A DNA stretch of 64,000 nt from Owenia fusiformis (Eukaryota): contig CAIIXF020000001.1 of assembly GCA_903813345.2 (NCBI GenBank), positions 37,262,001 to 37,326,000 of the forward strand, read 5' to 3'. The notes under the pieces were generated by a model that saw only the letters and a program-made list of their open reading frames with translations, was not told where the DNA came from and did not search any database. Of the stretch, positions 23,022 to 36,309 are shown piece after piece. The stretch's first letter is position 1, and each line of letters opens with the position of its first letter. A program made the position numbers and the translations under genes.

Positions 23022-25955
23022 ACACTTTGGGTAGTAGGCGACCATTTTGAAAAATGGCGACCATTTTTACATTTTTTACTATAACTCAAAAAGTAGTAGA
23101 GCAATTTTGTTCATATTTTATATGTGAATACTATAAGCATGGCACACTGTCAAATGACACTTTGGGTAAAAGGCAGCCATTTTTCAAAATGACCACCATT
23201 TTTTACTCTTTTTATTCTTACTTGAAAAGTAATGGAGCCATTTTGTTATTGGTTATGGGGAAGAGGGTTTGCACCCATCGTGCCTCCCCCCCCCCTGCCA
23301 CACCAATGATCTAATACAAATGGTCACCCAAATACTTGAATTGGTGATTATTCTGATATACATGTAACATTTTAATGTTTTTTTTTATATTTGCAAATCA
23401 AGGGTAAGGTAGATGATAAATATTATGTTGTGGCATACAGATTCATGAATTTAGTGTTCTTTGGCATTTGCTGCGCTATGGAGTTTGCATATTTCTAGTA
23501 CTTTATTCAATTTACTGGACATAAGTGAATGATAAATGAACAAAAGGCACAATACAGAAAAGAAAATAATTTAAATATTATTTGCTTATTTCAGGATGTA
23601 TGGCATGGGTAATCAGCATGTCAAAAACATATAGATAGAATATGGTGGAATAACAGCAGGGAATAGATGGAAAAACAGATTGCATGTGGAATTGCCACAA
23701 TACTTCACCGGTATTTATCGTGAAGAACAACTTTTATTTAATTCACTGGAAGGAGCTGTTGACATATGAACAATTAGGATGATAAATGATATGGAGGGCT
23801 TGAGGAATGACCACATTACTTCACCAGTGTTTATATACATATATATTAGCTGATTAAAAAATAAAAAGACATATGCAACATTAGCAATAGGCATAATATA
23901 TGATACAGGATGGCACACAAGGATTTATGTACATACTGCAAATCATATTCAAGGATATTTAAATGATACCAGATGGAATGATGATTTGTGACAGTTATGA
24001 TTCTTATAGACCATGATGTGAGTCAACTCTGGAGATGCCCCCCCCCTCACACACAAACAATAGCATTTTGAATCAAGTGTGTACATGCCACCCCTCCCAA
24101 TAAACTTTAGCAACATTTCAAAGATAAAAGACTGATGTTGATATAATTCAGTACAAAGATGAAAAATGGAATTTTTTGCAAGGGTTAATATAGTATGGTA
24201 ATTACATAGAGATACATGTATGTGATGGCTTGATAGCATATACTTTGATCAGCATTAGTCAAGTTTTGAAATCACTTCATCCCGCAGCAAATTTTTTTAC
24301 CAAGCACTGGTACGGGACAGTGGGTTTGAAAACCTGACTGTCCCGTAGCTCAGTGCTACAAAGTGCTCATACGGGATAAAGGTGTTTGACTTCGTGAATA
24401 TCCCGCGAGCCCTATAAAATTACGTGACAGTGTAACTTCGATTCATCATATCCCGATCTGTGAAAAACATTTGTCGGGGTCGGGACTAATAATCAGATCT
24501 AGTGAAGTCCGGAAGTATCAATCAAAATCTCTGAAAACCTATGGAATAGGACCCCACCTTGGCACTTTTTAAAAAAATGTCATGCTTATTTTCTAACAGA
24601 CCTTTGTGATTCCTCTGTATGCTTGGTTGTGCTTTAATAACTCCCATTTGTTCATGAAATAACCTTAGCGATAACTGAGTATGGCTGGTTGTGGTTTAAT
24701 ACCCCAAATTGGTTCCTTTTATAGGAACAAAAGGATCTTGTTTTCATTTAATTTAAACATATCAAACGTTTCTTCTATACTACACTACATACTGATGTTT
24801 GAACTGCGCTAAAGTTAAAAACGACATATCACATGTTATTTTCCCATAGGGAAAATCTCATGCTATCCATTGTTTTCAGCATAATTTTGGTCATCGAAAA
24901 AAGATATATATGAATTAAAATGAAAGAGAAAATGGAGGCATAGATTTTCACTGATATTTACTGATAAGATCATTCTTTATCTGTTTTTCGAATTTCTGAA
25001 CATACTTTGCCTTTTTGAAGTCTATAGCCAGTGAGTTATATAGTATTGTTCTTCTAATCGCAATTGATTTTCGACCAGTTTCAGTTCAGTTAACCTTTTG
25101 ATTGTTAAATTATTTGTATCTAGTATGGGCGTGTTCTTTCTTGAAAAAAATGTTTAAAATTACGAAATGGAAAGTCTGCAGATTCTGTTACAGTTTTCTG
25201 CACAAATGTGAACGTTTTAAATTTATTAATGTCAAAAATATTTTATATTTTGAACTTTTTGAAGATGGGACTTGAATGATGAGTTCTTGTTCAGAATTTG
25301 TCATTATTCTTAGAAATGTATTTTGCAAAATAAATAGTCTGTTTAAGTGATTTTTTTTGTTGCATTGCCCCATAGAATGTTTCCATAACTTATATATGAA
25401 TATACTAAAGAATAATAGGTAACCAACAAGGCATTCAATGTTAATTAGTTTTATATATTAATCAATATAAAATTGAGTCAATACTTACTCTTAGAAAATT
25501 AATATTATTTACCCTTTCTATTGATTGATTATTTTACTTCAAAGTTGTCAATTTTGTTGATTCTTTTTATGTCAAAAATAATAAAATATTATTTTTCCTA
25601 CATTGAGTATTAATCTATTAGTTATCATCCAATCATGAACCTTCTTCAATTCCTGGTAAATATACCATCCTGGTATATATATGGTACATATTCCAATAAT
25701 ATCTCGAATATTACTAGCAATTTTATCAATCAATATTGATAAACAATTAAATATTCCAACAAAGATTGTATGCGTTGTACTGCGATTTTCTGTCAGTTGT
25801 CGGGGGATTTGAACAAGAATCTAATTGCAACGAAATGAAATCATCTTATGATTAAGATCATCGATTAAGATAATAAATAAACAACACACTACTTAGAATC
25901 AATCAATTTTTCTTTATTTGACATGTTTTGATTCCAACAAAATAATTTGTCCTAT

Positions 25956-28900
25956 TTAATTTATTTTAACACTTCCAGGACCACAGACCTTATTTCCAAT
26001 ATTTATAATTGTTTCTCTGAGTTTGGTGAAGTCTGTGTTTAATATGTTGAGCAACAGATTTGGATCCTCATCAGCTCTAGAAATAGCCATCCATTCATCT
26101 TGTCCAATGACTTTTTCTACACATTTAGGTTTATCCGGAGGACAACCCTGAGGTAGACCGACCACCACAATTTCTGCACCGGTGGCTCTTAGAGAATCCG
26201 CATTGTTAAATGTGTTACTCTCCTTGCCTGAAATGGCATTGCAAGTTTAGACAAATAGAGAAGGAATGTGTGTTTACAAACCAAGTACATTATATACAAC
26301 ATTCTCACCATTAAGATCAACTCAACCTGTTAGGCTATGTATCAGTCAACCTTCGGTTTTTTTGTACCATTCATTGTATTGTCTGTGTAAAATGCAAACA
26401 AAGTATTCCACCTTTTCCTCATTGGAATTTCCCTTGAACCATTCGTCTGATATGTTTTCGTATTATTGATGGGATGGCTTTTAGATTTACACTGGACGAT
26501 ATCGCCACACCTGATAAAGACGCTCATTGAATTCACCTTTCTAATAACGTCAAAGTGCTTGGCCGATGAATACGTCTTCTTATATTTTGGTCACGTGTAT
26601 GGTATAGACCAATAAGAGAGTTGGAAATATGACAGTGATATACTTTTTGAGTATGTCGCATATATGGCAATGAAATGTAGAATATAATATGCCAAATGCG
26701 TGTAAATGTTCTTCAATTAAGTCTTTACAGTACATAATACATGTCGGAAATAATAATTTAATAATTGTAAAATTGCTTTAAAACTCTTTAACGAATAGAT
26801 CATTTTGAAATTTTTTCTCTCAGCCAGGAACATATTTGCAATAAAGAACATTTTTCTCTATCCGGGAATTAATCGGCAAGAATCCACTTAATAAGATAAA
26901 TCTATCAAGTTGACATCTTATACTGATCATTTTGTTTACATAATTCTACACAAAAATTGCAATTGTTAAGACAGCATTACACTTTTTACGACGGTCAAAA
27001 AGTACAAATAAATGAGCATGAGTGAATGTTATAGATTGTAAAGAAGACTTAGTACATTAATATTGATCAAATCGGGTATGTTGCGACATTGTGTAAAACG
27101 CATACTTACTACTAGGTTTAGTTACTCCATCTGACAACACAATGACCTTATTGATAGCGTCAGGACGATCTCCTTTCTCCGGAGTAAAATACTCGTTCTC
27201 CATTCTCTCCAAAGCTGCAAATGTATGGGTTCTACATCCAACTTCAGTAAGATTCATTGACTCCATACGCTTTATAACCTTATCAGGGTTGTCCACGTCT
27301 GATAGATATACAACATGTTGGGTTCCTTCATTAAAGGTTAGTGCACCCAGTTGTACGCCATCATCCTCAATGCTGGGACTTAAGAAGAAGGCTCGAGCTA
27401 TTTCTGTCATGAAAGTTCGAATCCTATCTTTGTCAAGACTGGATATGGAGCAGGATGTATCCACGGCAAATACAATATCAATAGCATCCGAGCAATCAAT
27501 AGTAATTGCTGAAAAGAAAACAAGACATATGACGTGAACGAGATCACACCATCGAAAAACCTTTGAAATGACCGCAAAAAAGATGGGGACCAAAAAGTTA
27601 ATCAGCTCTAGAATTTGATATCCTCTATCATGTGTCTAAATTTGGAGAAAATCCGATTAGCGGTTTTCCTGAAATCGGGCTTAATCAGCTCTTGAACTTG
27701 ATATCCTCTATCATCACTCTACTATACCTAACCCCTAGAAATGCATAGAGGTACTCTGTTTGTCTGATTGTATTGTTTCTTATATTTTTGAAAGTACCTT
27801 ATTAACATCTAAAAGTCATCCGATAAACCATTAATAAGGAACAAACAAAGATAATCATTACTAAAAAGCCAAATGGGTTGCTCATGAACCCCAAATGCAA
27901 GGTATTGTAGAGTGATAATATGGGCGAGTGAAATATATATAATGAGTGGTTTTCCTGATGATGACAAGATTTATAGAAAAACCTTCAAAATGGCCGACAG
28001 AAAACATGATTGCCACCTAAAAGTTAATCGGGTTTAGAAATTGATATCCTCTATCATGTGTGCGAGTTTGTAGAAAATCTAATAAGTGGTTTTCCTGAGA
28101 TAAATCGCGATGGCAAAAGCCCGATCACGATAACGATCACGACCACGAACACTATCACGCCGTCATCATGACATTTTTTATCCCATCGATGGTGTGATAA
28201 AAAACAAGGTAACTCTAGAGTTGAGTACCAACAGTGAAAGACGTGAATTTTGATAGGATAAGATCGGCTTACGTGGTTCACAAGTTCCCGTTTCGTCACT
28301 ACAGCTCAAGCCTCTACAACAATCGCCATCTGATGAACATTTCTGACTTCGTTCTCTACAACCTATGAAATAAAGTTTTTTTTCTCTGAACTATTTTTCT
28401 AAATACTGGATTGCTTTAATTAAGAATGAAGCGAGTCGTTAAGCAGGTCACAATAACATAAAAATGAAATATTACTGGTATATTGTGTACTAACATGTTT
28501 TTGAAAATCCACATGCCATTACTTCATTAACCCTTTTGCAGCAACCAAGATCATCTCCACATTGTTGATTGACTTCTTGGCATGGAGTTTCTGAAATTAG
28601 ATCACATTTAATCAAAAGTTATTTGTCCTTATTTACCTTGACTACACGTTCCCGGGAATCGTATTTTCATTTTCTAATAACAGAGTGTTCCTGCTGTATT
28701 ACACACGAGTTCCGAATGAATATTTTTTTAAACGTTCACTTTTTTCCATTTGTTTGGCACACAACGAATGCGTTTACTTTGAATATTACTCAGGGTAAAG
28801 TAAAATGAAATGATTTAGTGGAATTCTTCAAAAAGTACTGGACAGTCTCCTGAACATTATAGAAAAAATGGTCAGTTTTTAAGAAGTGCCAGATATGGCC

Positions 28901-31900
28901 AAATTACGAGCAGATTACTACTATAGTAATCAGATTTCAGCATCTAAACAAGGCGAATTATAAAAACAAATATCTAGTTGTCCAATGGTGTCTGAGGTCT
29001 AATAATGTACAATTGTAAAATGCGTTCAAAGTTACATTGAAGTAGAGATTTTCATTGAAATAAGATAAGCTGTGAAACAGGGAAGGGGATGCACACTATA
29101 GTCTTGTTTCAAAACTGCCCCCCTACCTTCTTCACCAACACAAAATAACACAGGTGACCATTGGAAGTGGGAATAGTTTAACTCAATCAAGATTCAATGT
29201 TGTTATTATAGTGCTTTCTCCAAGTAAATCTGTGCATATGGAGGAATACATGTACGTTATTGCCTATTATACAGGGTGTCAAATGGCGTTGTGCCCCCCC
29301 TCCACGGCATAAACTAGGAAAGATACACACACATACCATATACCATTGGAAAGAGCATTTAATTGTTGTTAACATGTGAAAAGATGAAGATGCATGATGG
29401 AAAATAAGATATATTTTCAACTTACTTTTAAAAGTGAGTATGACCCACTTGGGCAGCCTTAACCGCTGCCAATTTAGCCGGATATGAAGCTAAAAGGGAA
29501 TGGAAAAGGGCTGTGTCTTTCTCAAGAGATTTTAATACTTCGTAATGAAACTAGCACCCTCATTCTCTATATGCAATACACCTTATTCTGTCTCTATATC
29601 GCTGATTATCATCATCAAAAAGTTGTTTTGTCATCTTTATTTCAACTGTGAACTAGCTTTAGTCTAAATAAATAAAATAAGGCACTACATTTTACAGTCA
29701 GCCACTTCTCAAAAATCAATGAAATAGAGCACTATACTAGTACATTTCAAATGCATGTGACACTATGTAGCAATATCTGACTTAGGTCATCTAGGGTTTA
29801 TTTTATCCAGAATTGAATGCTCTTTCCAATGACATACATAATGTGTAGGTACCTTTCTAAGTTTATGCTGTGGAAGGGGGGGGGGGCACAACGCCATTTG
29901 ACACCCTGTACATACCTCATATGTATTCTCGTTGCTCATTGGCTTATTCAAGGTCACATGATATCAAATAGATGAACTTATTCCATGAAAAGTTCTAAAT
30001 CCCTGCTTACGGGGAAGATAAAATGTACTGATCACCAGTTAGGTCATGTAACCAGTCATTAGTACATTTTACCTTCCCTGCTAGCTGGGATTATAGGAGT
30101 TGAATGGCAAAATGCCTTTAAATGCTAATTAGAACCTGTCGGTAATTAAATTAAAAGGCTTATCATTTTGTTTTTGCTTACATAATGGGTATATGGTAAA
30201 ACAAATAGTGACAACCTCTTATTCTACGCTTTGTAAAATACTTTAAAACTAATTAATAAATACTTTTCATAGATAACTCTTTTTTTCGCTGTGATCTTTA
30301 TTTCTAACATCCATGTTTACAATATGCTATTTTGTTACTGTTGCCCAATTTATTTACAATATATAAATAAAACATGAATTAGCAGTGTAAAAGAACGATC
30401 GATGTCAGAGTATCGTAAGAGTTTTATACTGCAATATTTTTTTGTAGCAATTCCCATTTTGGAAAAGGTCGACGGCGTACCTCTTCATTTTTTCATTCAC
30501 TTCCTTTTCTCGCCCTTGAAGTCCTATACTACGGTGTAACTTGGGATGATCTTGGGATGGTGTATTACATATTTAGTAAACATCCGGTAAATCTTAACAT
30601 GTTCTATAATTGATTTAATTTCCGGGTCAAGTTGTACTCTATTTAGTCTAATTGGAACATCATATTTCCATGGCCTCGACAATAAATTAATGAATTTTGA
30701 GGACTTTGGAAAAAAGCCACTTGCATAATTACCTTCTGGTTCACACTTTTGTGGATCTTTGTCCCATCTAACCGAGGTTCCTATTTGTTCACATGTTAAA
30801 ACAAGTGCTTCCGTTGGTTTAAATCCGTCATCACATTCAACAGTCACTTGATCACCGCAATTGTTGTTGCCTCTTCGTGGCGATCTTCCTCCATTTTCTG
30901 GTGCTACTACATTAGTACATTGTAGTCCTGTATCAGAAAGAAATATATTAAATACTTTGTACTAGCTACTAGTCTTAAACTAATACAGTATTAATTGATG
31001 AGTGTTTTTCTGGATTATCTTCAGGGTTGTTGATAAGTGTTATTGTATAGTTCTACAAGAAAAATACAAACTCTCGCATGTTGGAACTGGATCATCAACT
31101 TCACCATTGGGCAGACACTCTACAGTTTTGTCAGTTATACCAGCAGCATTTTTCGATAGTGTGTAGCAGTCGTCACAGCTAGAAAAGTGAGATATATCAA
31201 TTAATTTCTAATGGAGTATTTCTGGTACCATTTCGTTTACAGTCGACTGCAGTTTAATTTTGGAAAATAATAGAGCAGATTTGCTGTTAATTTGTTCTGT
31301 AGAATGATATCCCTTTAAATAAAGGTTAGGTATCGATATGGTGAACTGAATTCAACGATGGTTTTCTCTTAAACCAATTATTGAAAACTGTGACTGTGAA
31401 ACTGTGACATGTTGACTGACTGACAACAATTTAATGTGGAAATAATTTATGTATATTTTATATAAGTGTTCTTGTTTTTCGTTTTTTAGTGTAATTGTTT
31501 TTTGCTCCTTTCTACCAATTCTTCAAAATAAAATAAAATGTCTTTCTGAACCTTGTTGGAACAAAATAGCATAAACAAAATTTTCTAAGACCTCTCAATA
31601 TTATATTTATACAAAGGAAATTTTGGTTGATTTCACAAAAATTATTCAAAAAATTAAAACAACCCCCCCACGAAATAGATAAAAATTAAGATAAACCTTT
31701 TATTTCATTAACAAGATATCAAACTTTCCTTTGTACAATTACACTATTGAGAGACCTAAACACGTTGTGTTTATGTCATTTTGTTCCAATGAGGTTCGGA
31801 TAGCTGTTTAATTTCATTCCGAACATATGATACCAAGAACAAAAGAAGTATCTGATGTGTTTTCTCCTAAATATTAGTGAAAAGTATATACATTTTTTCA

Positions 31901-34900
31901 AATTATATTATTATCATTCAAAATATGACCATTCAATTGACAATGTGTAAAATTTTCAGAATTTTTTGATTATGGTTTAAGAGAAATGTGTGTTCAAAAA
32001 GTTCACCATATCGATACCAATCCTTTTGACTTTTTTAATGGAGATTGTTTCTACTCGCATTTTGTATATTGTGCCAAGAATGCCCAATCATGTCTTGCTG
32101 ATTATGATACTAAATGATGCTAAGCCTAATAAAATATTGCCAAACAAAGTGGGGGTAGCTACGTTCACACCAACGCCGCTTTGATGGCGCTTTAAAGCGG
32201 CTTGTAAAGCGGCACCAAAGCATAACAAAGTTTGATTAAAGCGTCGAGGTCGTAATAGGTAGTAGAAAAGCTCGGAGTTAAGCGGGATATTCGGCAAGAG
32301 CACTAAAAATTTAAACTGTTCAAGCTACGTTCGCACCAACGGCGCTTTGATGGCGCTTTAAAGCGGCTTGTAAAGTGGCACCAAAGCGTAACAAAGCTTG
32401 ATTAAAGCGTCGAGGTCGTAATAGGTCGTGGAAAAGCTTGGAGTAAAGCGGGATAATTGGCAAGAGCGCCAAAAAATGTTAAACTGTTTAAAACATTTTT
32501 GGGCGCTCTGTTACGAATTGATTAAAGCGCCGAGAGCGTATCTAAGCTTAACAAACAGTAACAAAGCTCAACAAAGCTTGACCCAAAGCGTAGGAAAGCT
32601 TAACAGAGCTTGGTTCAAAGCGGGGACCTCAGTCTCTTCACGGTCTATTACCACTTGACACGCACGCTTCTTTAAGATGTCTCAAGATTTGCTACGATCT
32701 GGCATGAAGATCTGACACGAGGTCAGACGCTTTCATCAATATCTGACACTCTTTGTTACACTTTCATGAAGGACTCTTAAGCTTTCCAACGTACTGAGAC
32801 GCTTTAAGGTGACATTTAAGTTAATCAAAAGTACAAAAACATGGGAGCCATATTTTTTTGATAAAGTCAGAAGATTCTGTATACTGTTTTCCTTGTATGT
32901 GAATGTATTTCCTGACTAAAGAGACACATAAAAGAAAACCTCACATTTAAATGCATTTTTCATAACTATGAATTGGAGGTGTATGGCTCCCAAAAGCTAG
33001 CATGAAGAGTGCGAAGTGAGGCTATTTTTTGAAAGTTTCAAGGAGTAGCCTTGCAACAGACACACATTTGCAAGAATTCAAAATTTCCAGATATAGTCTT
33101 ACCTTACCAAGGAACAACGAAGGAGCACGAAAATGTGTACTTCTTGCATTGTTAGAGTATAATAAAGCTCAAACCATTGTGAATTCTAAATATTTCATGT
33201 CCACCATTTTGTTTCCTGGAACTATTTTTTAGTCCAGAGTTATCTTCATTCATGTTTCCATTGTTTATCATTCATAAAGCCTCTATCATGTATCTATCAT
33301 GATAATTACACTGTAATAGATAAAACATACAAGTGATAATCCATGCCACTTGGTGTAGTCACAAAACTTGCATGAGGATTAATCAGGAAGTCTAGAAGTA
33401 GTTCCGGCAAACAAAATGTGGACATGAAATATTTAGAATTTACAATGGTTTGAGCTTTATTATACTCTAACAATGCAAGAAGTGCACATTTTCATGCTCC
33501 TTCGTTGTTCCTGGGAAAGATAAGATGATTTGTGGAAATTTTAGACTTTTGCAAATGTGTGACTGTTGCAAGGCTACTCCTTGAAACTTTCAAAAATTAG
33601 CCTCACTTCGCACTCTTCATGCTAGCTTTGGGGATCCATGCACCTCCAATTCATAGTTTGGAAAAATGCGTTTATGTGTGATGTTAACTTTGACATGTTT
33701 CATTAGTCAAGATACACAATTCATATACAAGGTAAACAGATTTTAAAAACATGTGTCTTTATCAAAAAAATATGACAGTCATTTTTTGTACTTTTTATTT
33801 AATATAGCGTCGCCTTAATCAAGGATTGAAACGTTTTGCTTAGCAAAAAGGTGGCGCATTTGTTTTTTAAGGGTATCGCGTGAATGTAACTTTGATTCCC
33901 CGGATTATAAGATAATATTCTAATTAAAGTTATATATCATTTTAAAGCTGTTTCGATGAAGATTTTAGATCAACTACACTCCGTTCACATTTTTTGCGCG
34001 TTCGTTTTTAAAAAAGAGTTTTTTACCAAAACATCTGGCAAATATCCCATGTTGACACGTTACATTTTGAATTATTTTTCGTCTTTAAACGCTCATAACT
34101 CAAACAATATATGACTATTATACTTCTTTTTCGTCTTGATAAAGGTAGATGGAAGTTTTATTTCAAAGAATGAATTTTAGTAAGCGTCCCATATTGTGAC
34201 GTCATAGAGTCTGAAAAATAGAATCTGTTGACAGCGACCTTTTTTGCTCCTTTTTTGGTACCTTCAACTTTTCAGGTGTACATTAAACAAAAAACACGAG
34301 ATCAATTTTTAATAAATCATACATGATTATTTTGCTCCTAAACTCTAGTTTATTAATAAATAGTTGATTTTGTTCAAAAAAGTATGTGTTTTCTGTTGTA
34401 TGTGGAAAAGTGGAGGACGAAAGATTTTCAAAATTCATTAAAATAGGGCTAATTTACGCCATTCGCCTATTTTCAAGCACAGCAACACGTATATTTATTT
34501 CACCTAACATATCAATTGATTCGTGTTTTATGATGCTCCTAGCCCATTAACAATATATATATATGATATCAGAGTTATTCGTCTAAAATGTTTTGAGATA
34601 TAGAGGTAAATGTGGAGGACGAAAGGATTTTCATGTGTTTACATTTTTCTCAAAAACGTCACATTCTATCATGTTAAAAGCGAGGATCCTCTGGATTACG
34701 CCACAAAATGTGTAACAATGCGTGCGCGAGCTTTTTGCGACACGTCTAGGCTTTGTTACGCTTGACAAGTTTCCACATGCTATATTACGCCGTGCGACAA
34801 ACATCATGTCTTCTTCAGATAGGTCATGCTCTGGTCCATCTGGAATTTCTGGATATAGTTGTTCTGCCATCGTGTTCTCGAGTCAAAGATGCAATGGTTT

Positions 34901-35699
34901 TATGGATCTACTGCATCTTTATATAGTCATTGGATCAAAAGCGGCATGAAATAGTCGATCTCGACATTTTCCAATGCTTGACAGAGCTTAACAGAGCGTA
35001 ACAATGCACAACAGAGCTTGGCAATCGTATCGGAGCCTGATTTAAAGCGTCATTATCGCCCCAAAGCGTAATAATGCTTATCAAAGCGTGATTTCAAGCG
35101 TGAAAAAGCCTGGTCAAAGCGGGATCAAAGCGTGAGGAACCTATCAGAGCTTTGTTAAGCTTTCCTACGCTTTGGATCAAGCTTTTCTGAGCTTTGTTAT
35201 GGTTTGTTAAGCTATGATACGCTCTCGGTGCTTAATCAATTCGTAACAGAGCGCCCAAAATTTTTGAACAGTTTAAAATTTGTTGGCGCTCTTGCCAAAT
35301 ATCCCGTTTTACTCTGAGCTTTTCTACGACCTATTAAGACCCCGACGCTTTAATCAAGCTTTGTTACGCTTTGGTGCCGCTTTACAAGCCGCTTTAAAGC
35401 GCCATCAAAGCGCCGTTGGTATGAAAAAAAATGACAAAAATGACGGCGCTTTGCTCGCCGATTTAAAGCGTGGCAGTCGCCGTTGGTGTGAACGTAGCTT
35501 TAAGTTAAAATTTTTAGAGCTCTTGCCGAATATCCCGCTTTACTCCGAGCTTTTCTACGACCTATTACGACCCCGACGCTTTGATCAAGCTTTGCTCCGC
35601 TTTGGTGCCGCTTTGTGAACGTAGCTTTAAAGAAGAAAATACAATATGATAACCTTACCTGAATGATACAGTCTCGCCAGGTTTGAATCGTCCTTGTTG
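25956..35699 (-). CDS. Host gene copy A: Sushi/CCP x2 - knottin-like x2 - VWA protein; 5' end truncated (possible pseudogene)
   Basis: Hand-spliced GT..AG exons in frame: 35699-35659 (partial), 31178-31072, 30927-30733, 28590-28495, 28362-28273, 27508-27110, 26227-25956. VWA MIDAS DTSCS...T...LSDG; AATAAA at 25913-25918; several exon sizes match copy B (107, 90, 399 nt). Confidence 0.82.
29272..29908. mobile_element. Tc1/mariner-like MITE (intronic)
   Basis: TA|CAGGGTGTCAAATGGCGTTGTGCCCCCC ... GGGGGCACAACGCCATTTGACACCCTG|TA; imperfect TIR extends about 100 bp. Confidence 0.9.
31321..32026. mobile_element. Palindromic MITE; same family occurs at ~57808-58503 and ~58663-59190
   Basis: AAAGGTTAGGTATCGATATGGTGAACT ... 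AGTTCACCATATCGATACCAATCCTTT with extensive internal inverted similarity. Confidence 0.8.
32157..35626. mobile_element. PIF/Harbinger-like deletion derivative with doubled (self-nested) ends
   Basis: Termini AGCTACGTTC(A/G)C at 32157 and 32323, GTGAACGTAGCT at 35499 and 35626 (each followed by TTA); long TIRs rich in AAAGCG motifs; short internal ORF start at 34870 (MAEQLYPEIP...) could be a gene remnant. Confidence 0.72.
32808..33814. mobile_element. TTAA-flanked foldback element (Kolobok-like) nested in the Harbinger-like element
   Basis: TTAA|GGTGACAT ... GCGTCGCC|TTAA; inverted arms of about 430 bp (e.g. GCTAGCATGAAGAGTGCGAAGTGAGGCTA / TAGCCTCACTTCGCACTCTTCATGCTAGC). Confidence 0.85.
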
Positions 35700-36309
35700 T
35701 GGTATTAGGTCACGTGTTCGAAAGATCCATATAAGGCCCATAGAACCATATAGAAACGTCATTTTGAATGTCACGTGATAGATCCATATAAGGCTTTTAG
35801 AACAATGTCGGGAAAGATGAGGGGAAGCCCCTGACACCTGTTTCACGATTTTATGCACTTCATTATTGTACCGAAGTTTGCCGATTCGATTCGTCGTATT
35901 TCGGAATCCTGGTGACAATTTTATACTCCATTGGAGTATTTTTGACCTACTTCTTATGACGAAAATTCCCGAACCTTGTTCGGATTAATCCGGATTTTTC
36001 TGACCTACTTTATCTACCGAGATTTCACGAGTTAACATTCGTCTCATTTCCGAATCCTGGTGACAATTTTATACTCCATTGGAGTATTTTTGATCTACTT
36101 TTTTTCTGGATTTTGCCCTACTTATTATATCTTGACAACAAGCAAATCAAAAAGTTCGACATGAACGGGTCTCGATCAACTAACCTAGAGCATAGAAGCC
36201 AGGCACGCTAACCATGAGGCCAACGTGCTACCGATATGAAAGAACAAAAGTATTATATATTTATACCGAGCGTCAATTCAAAATGATCCTCACTTTTGTC
36301 TCCACTTAA

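Larger units (their letters stand above)
1..24488. mobile_element. Giant inverted-repeat-bounded (foldback-like) composite element; left end lies outside the window
   Basis: 1-~1059 is the near-exact reverse complement of 23022-24073 (ORFs 159..362+ and 23715..23918- differ by one residue). The inversion continues through the ~120-bp arrays (870-2120 vs ~20230-21821). Candidate right terminus ...GTCGGGGTCGGGACTA at 24488 follows a cluster of TCCCG/CGGGA motifs (24280-24488); that end is inferred, not confirmed. Confidence 0.7.

Noticed and set aside
20422..23314. Repeated ORFs (MSYSKKCKNG..., MATIFTFF..., RPSV repeats)
   Set aside because: Products of the 120-bp satellite and (GTCC)n microsatellite.
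27142..27537. Plus-strand ORFs opposite the VWA exons (also 61569..61808, and 13823..14209 opposite the transposase)
   Set aside because: Antisense shadows of real minus-strand coding sequence.
36162..36232. tRNA-like sequence on the minus strand (also ~37130-37180 on plus)
   Set aside because: A-box and B-box-like motifs are present but no convincing cloverleaf or acceptor stem; at most decayed tRNA-derived repeat.
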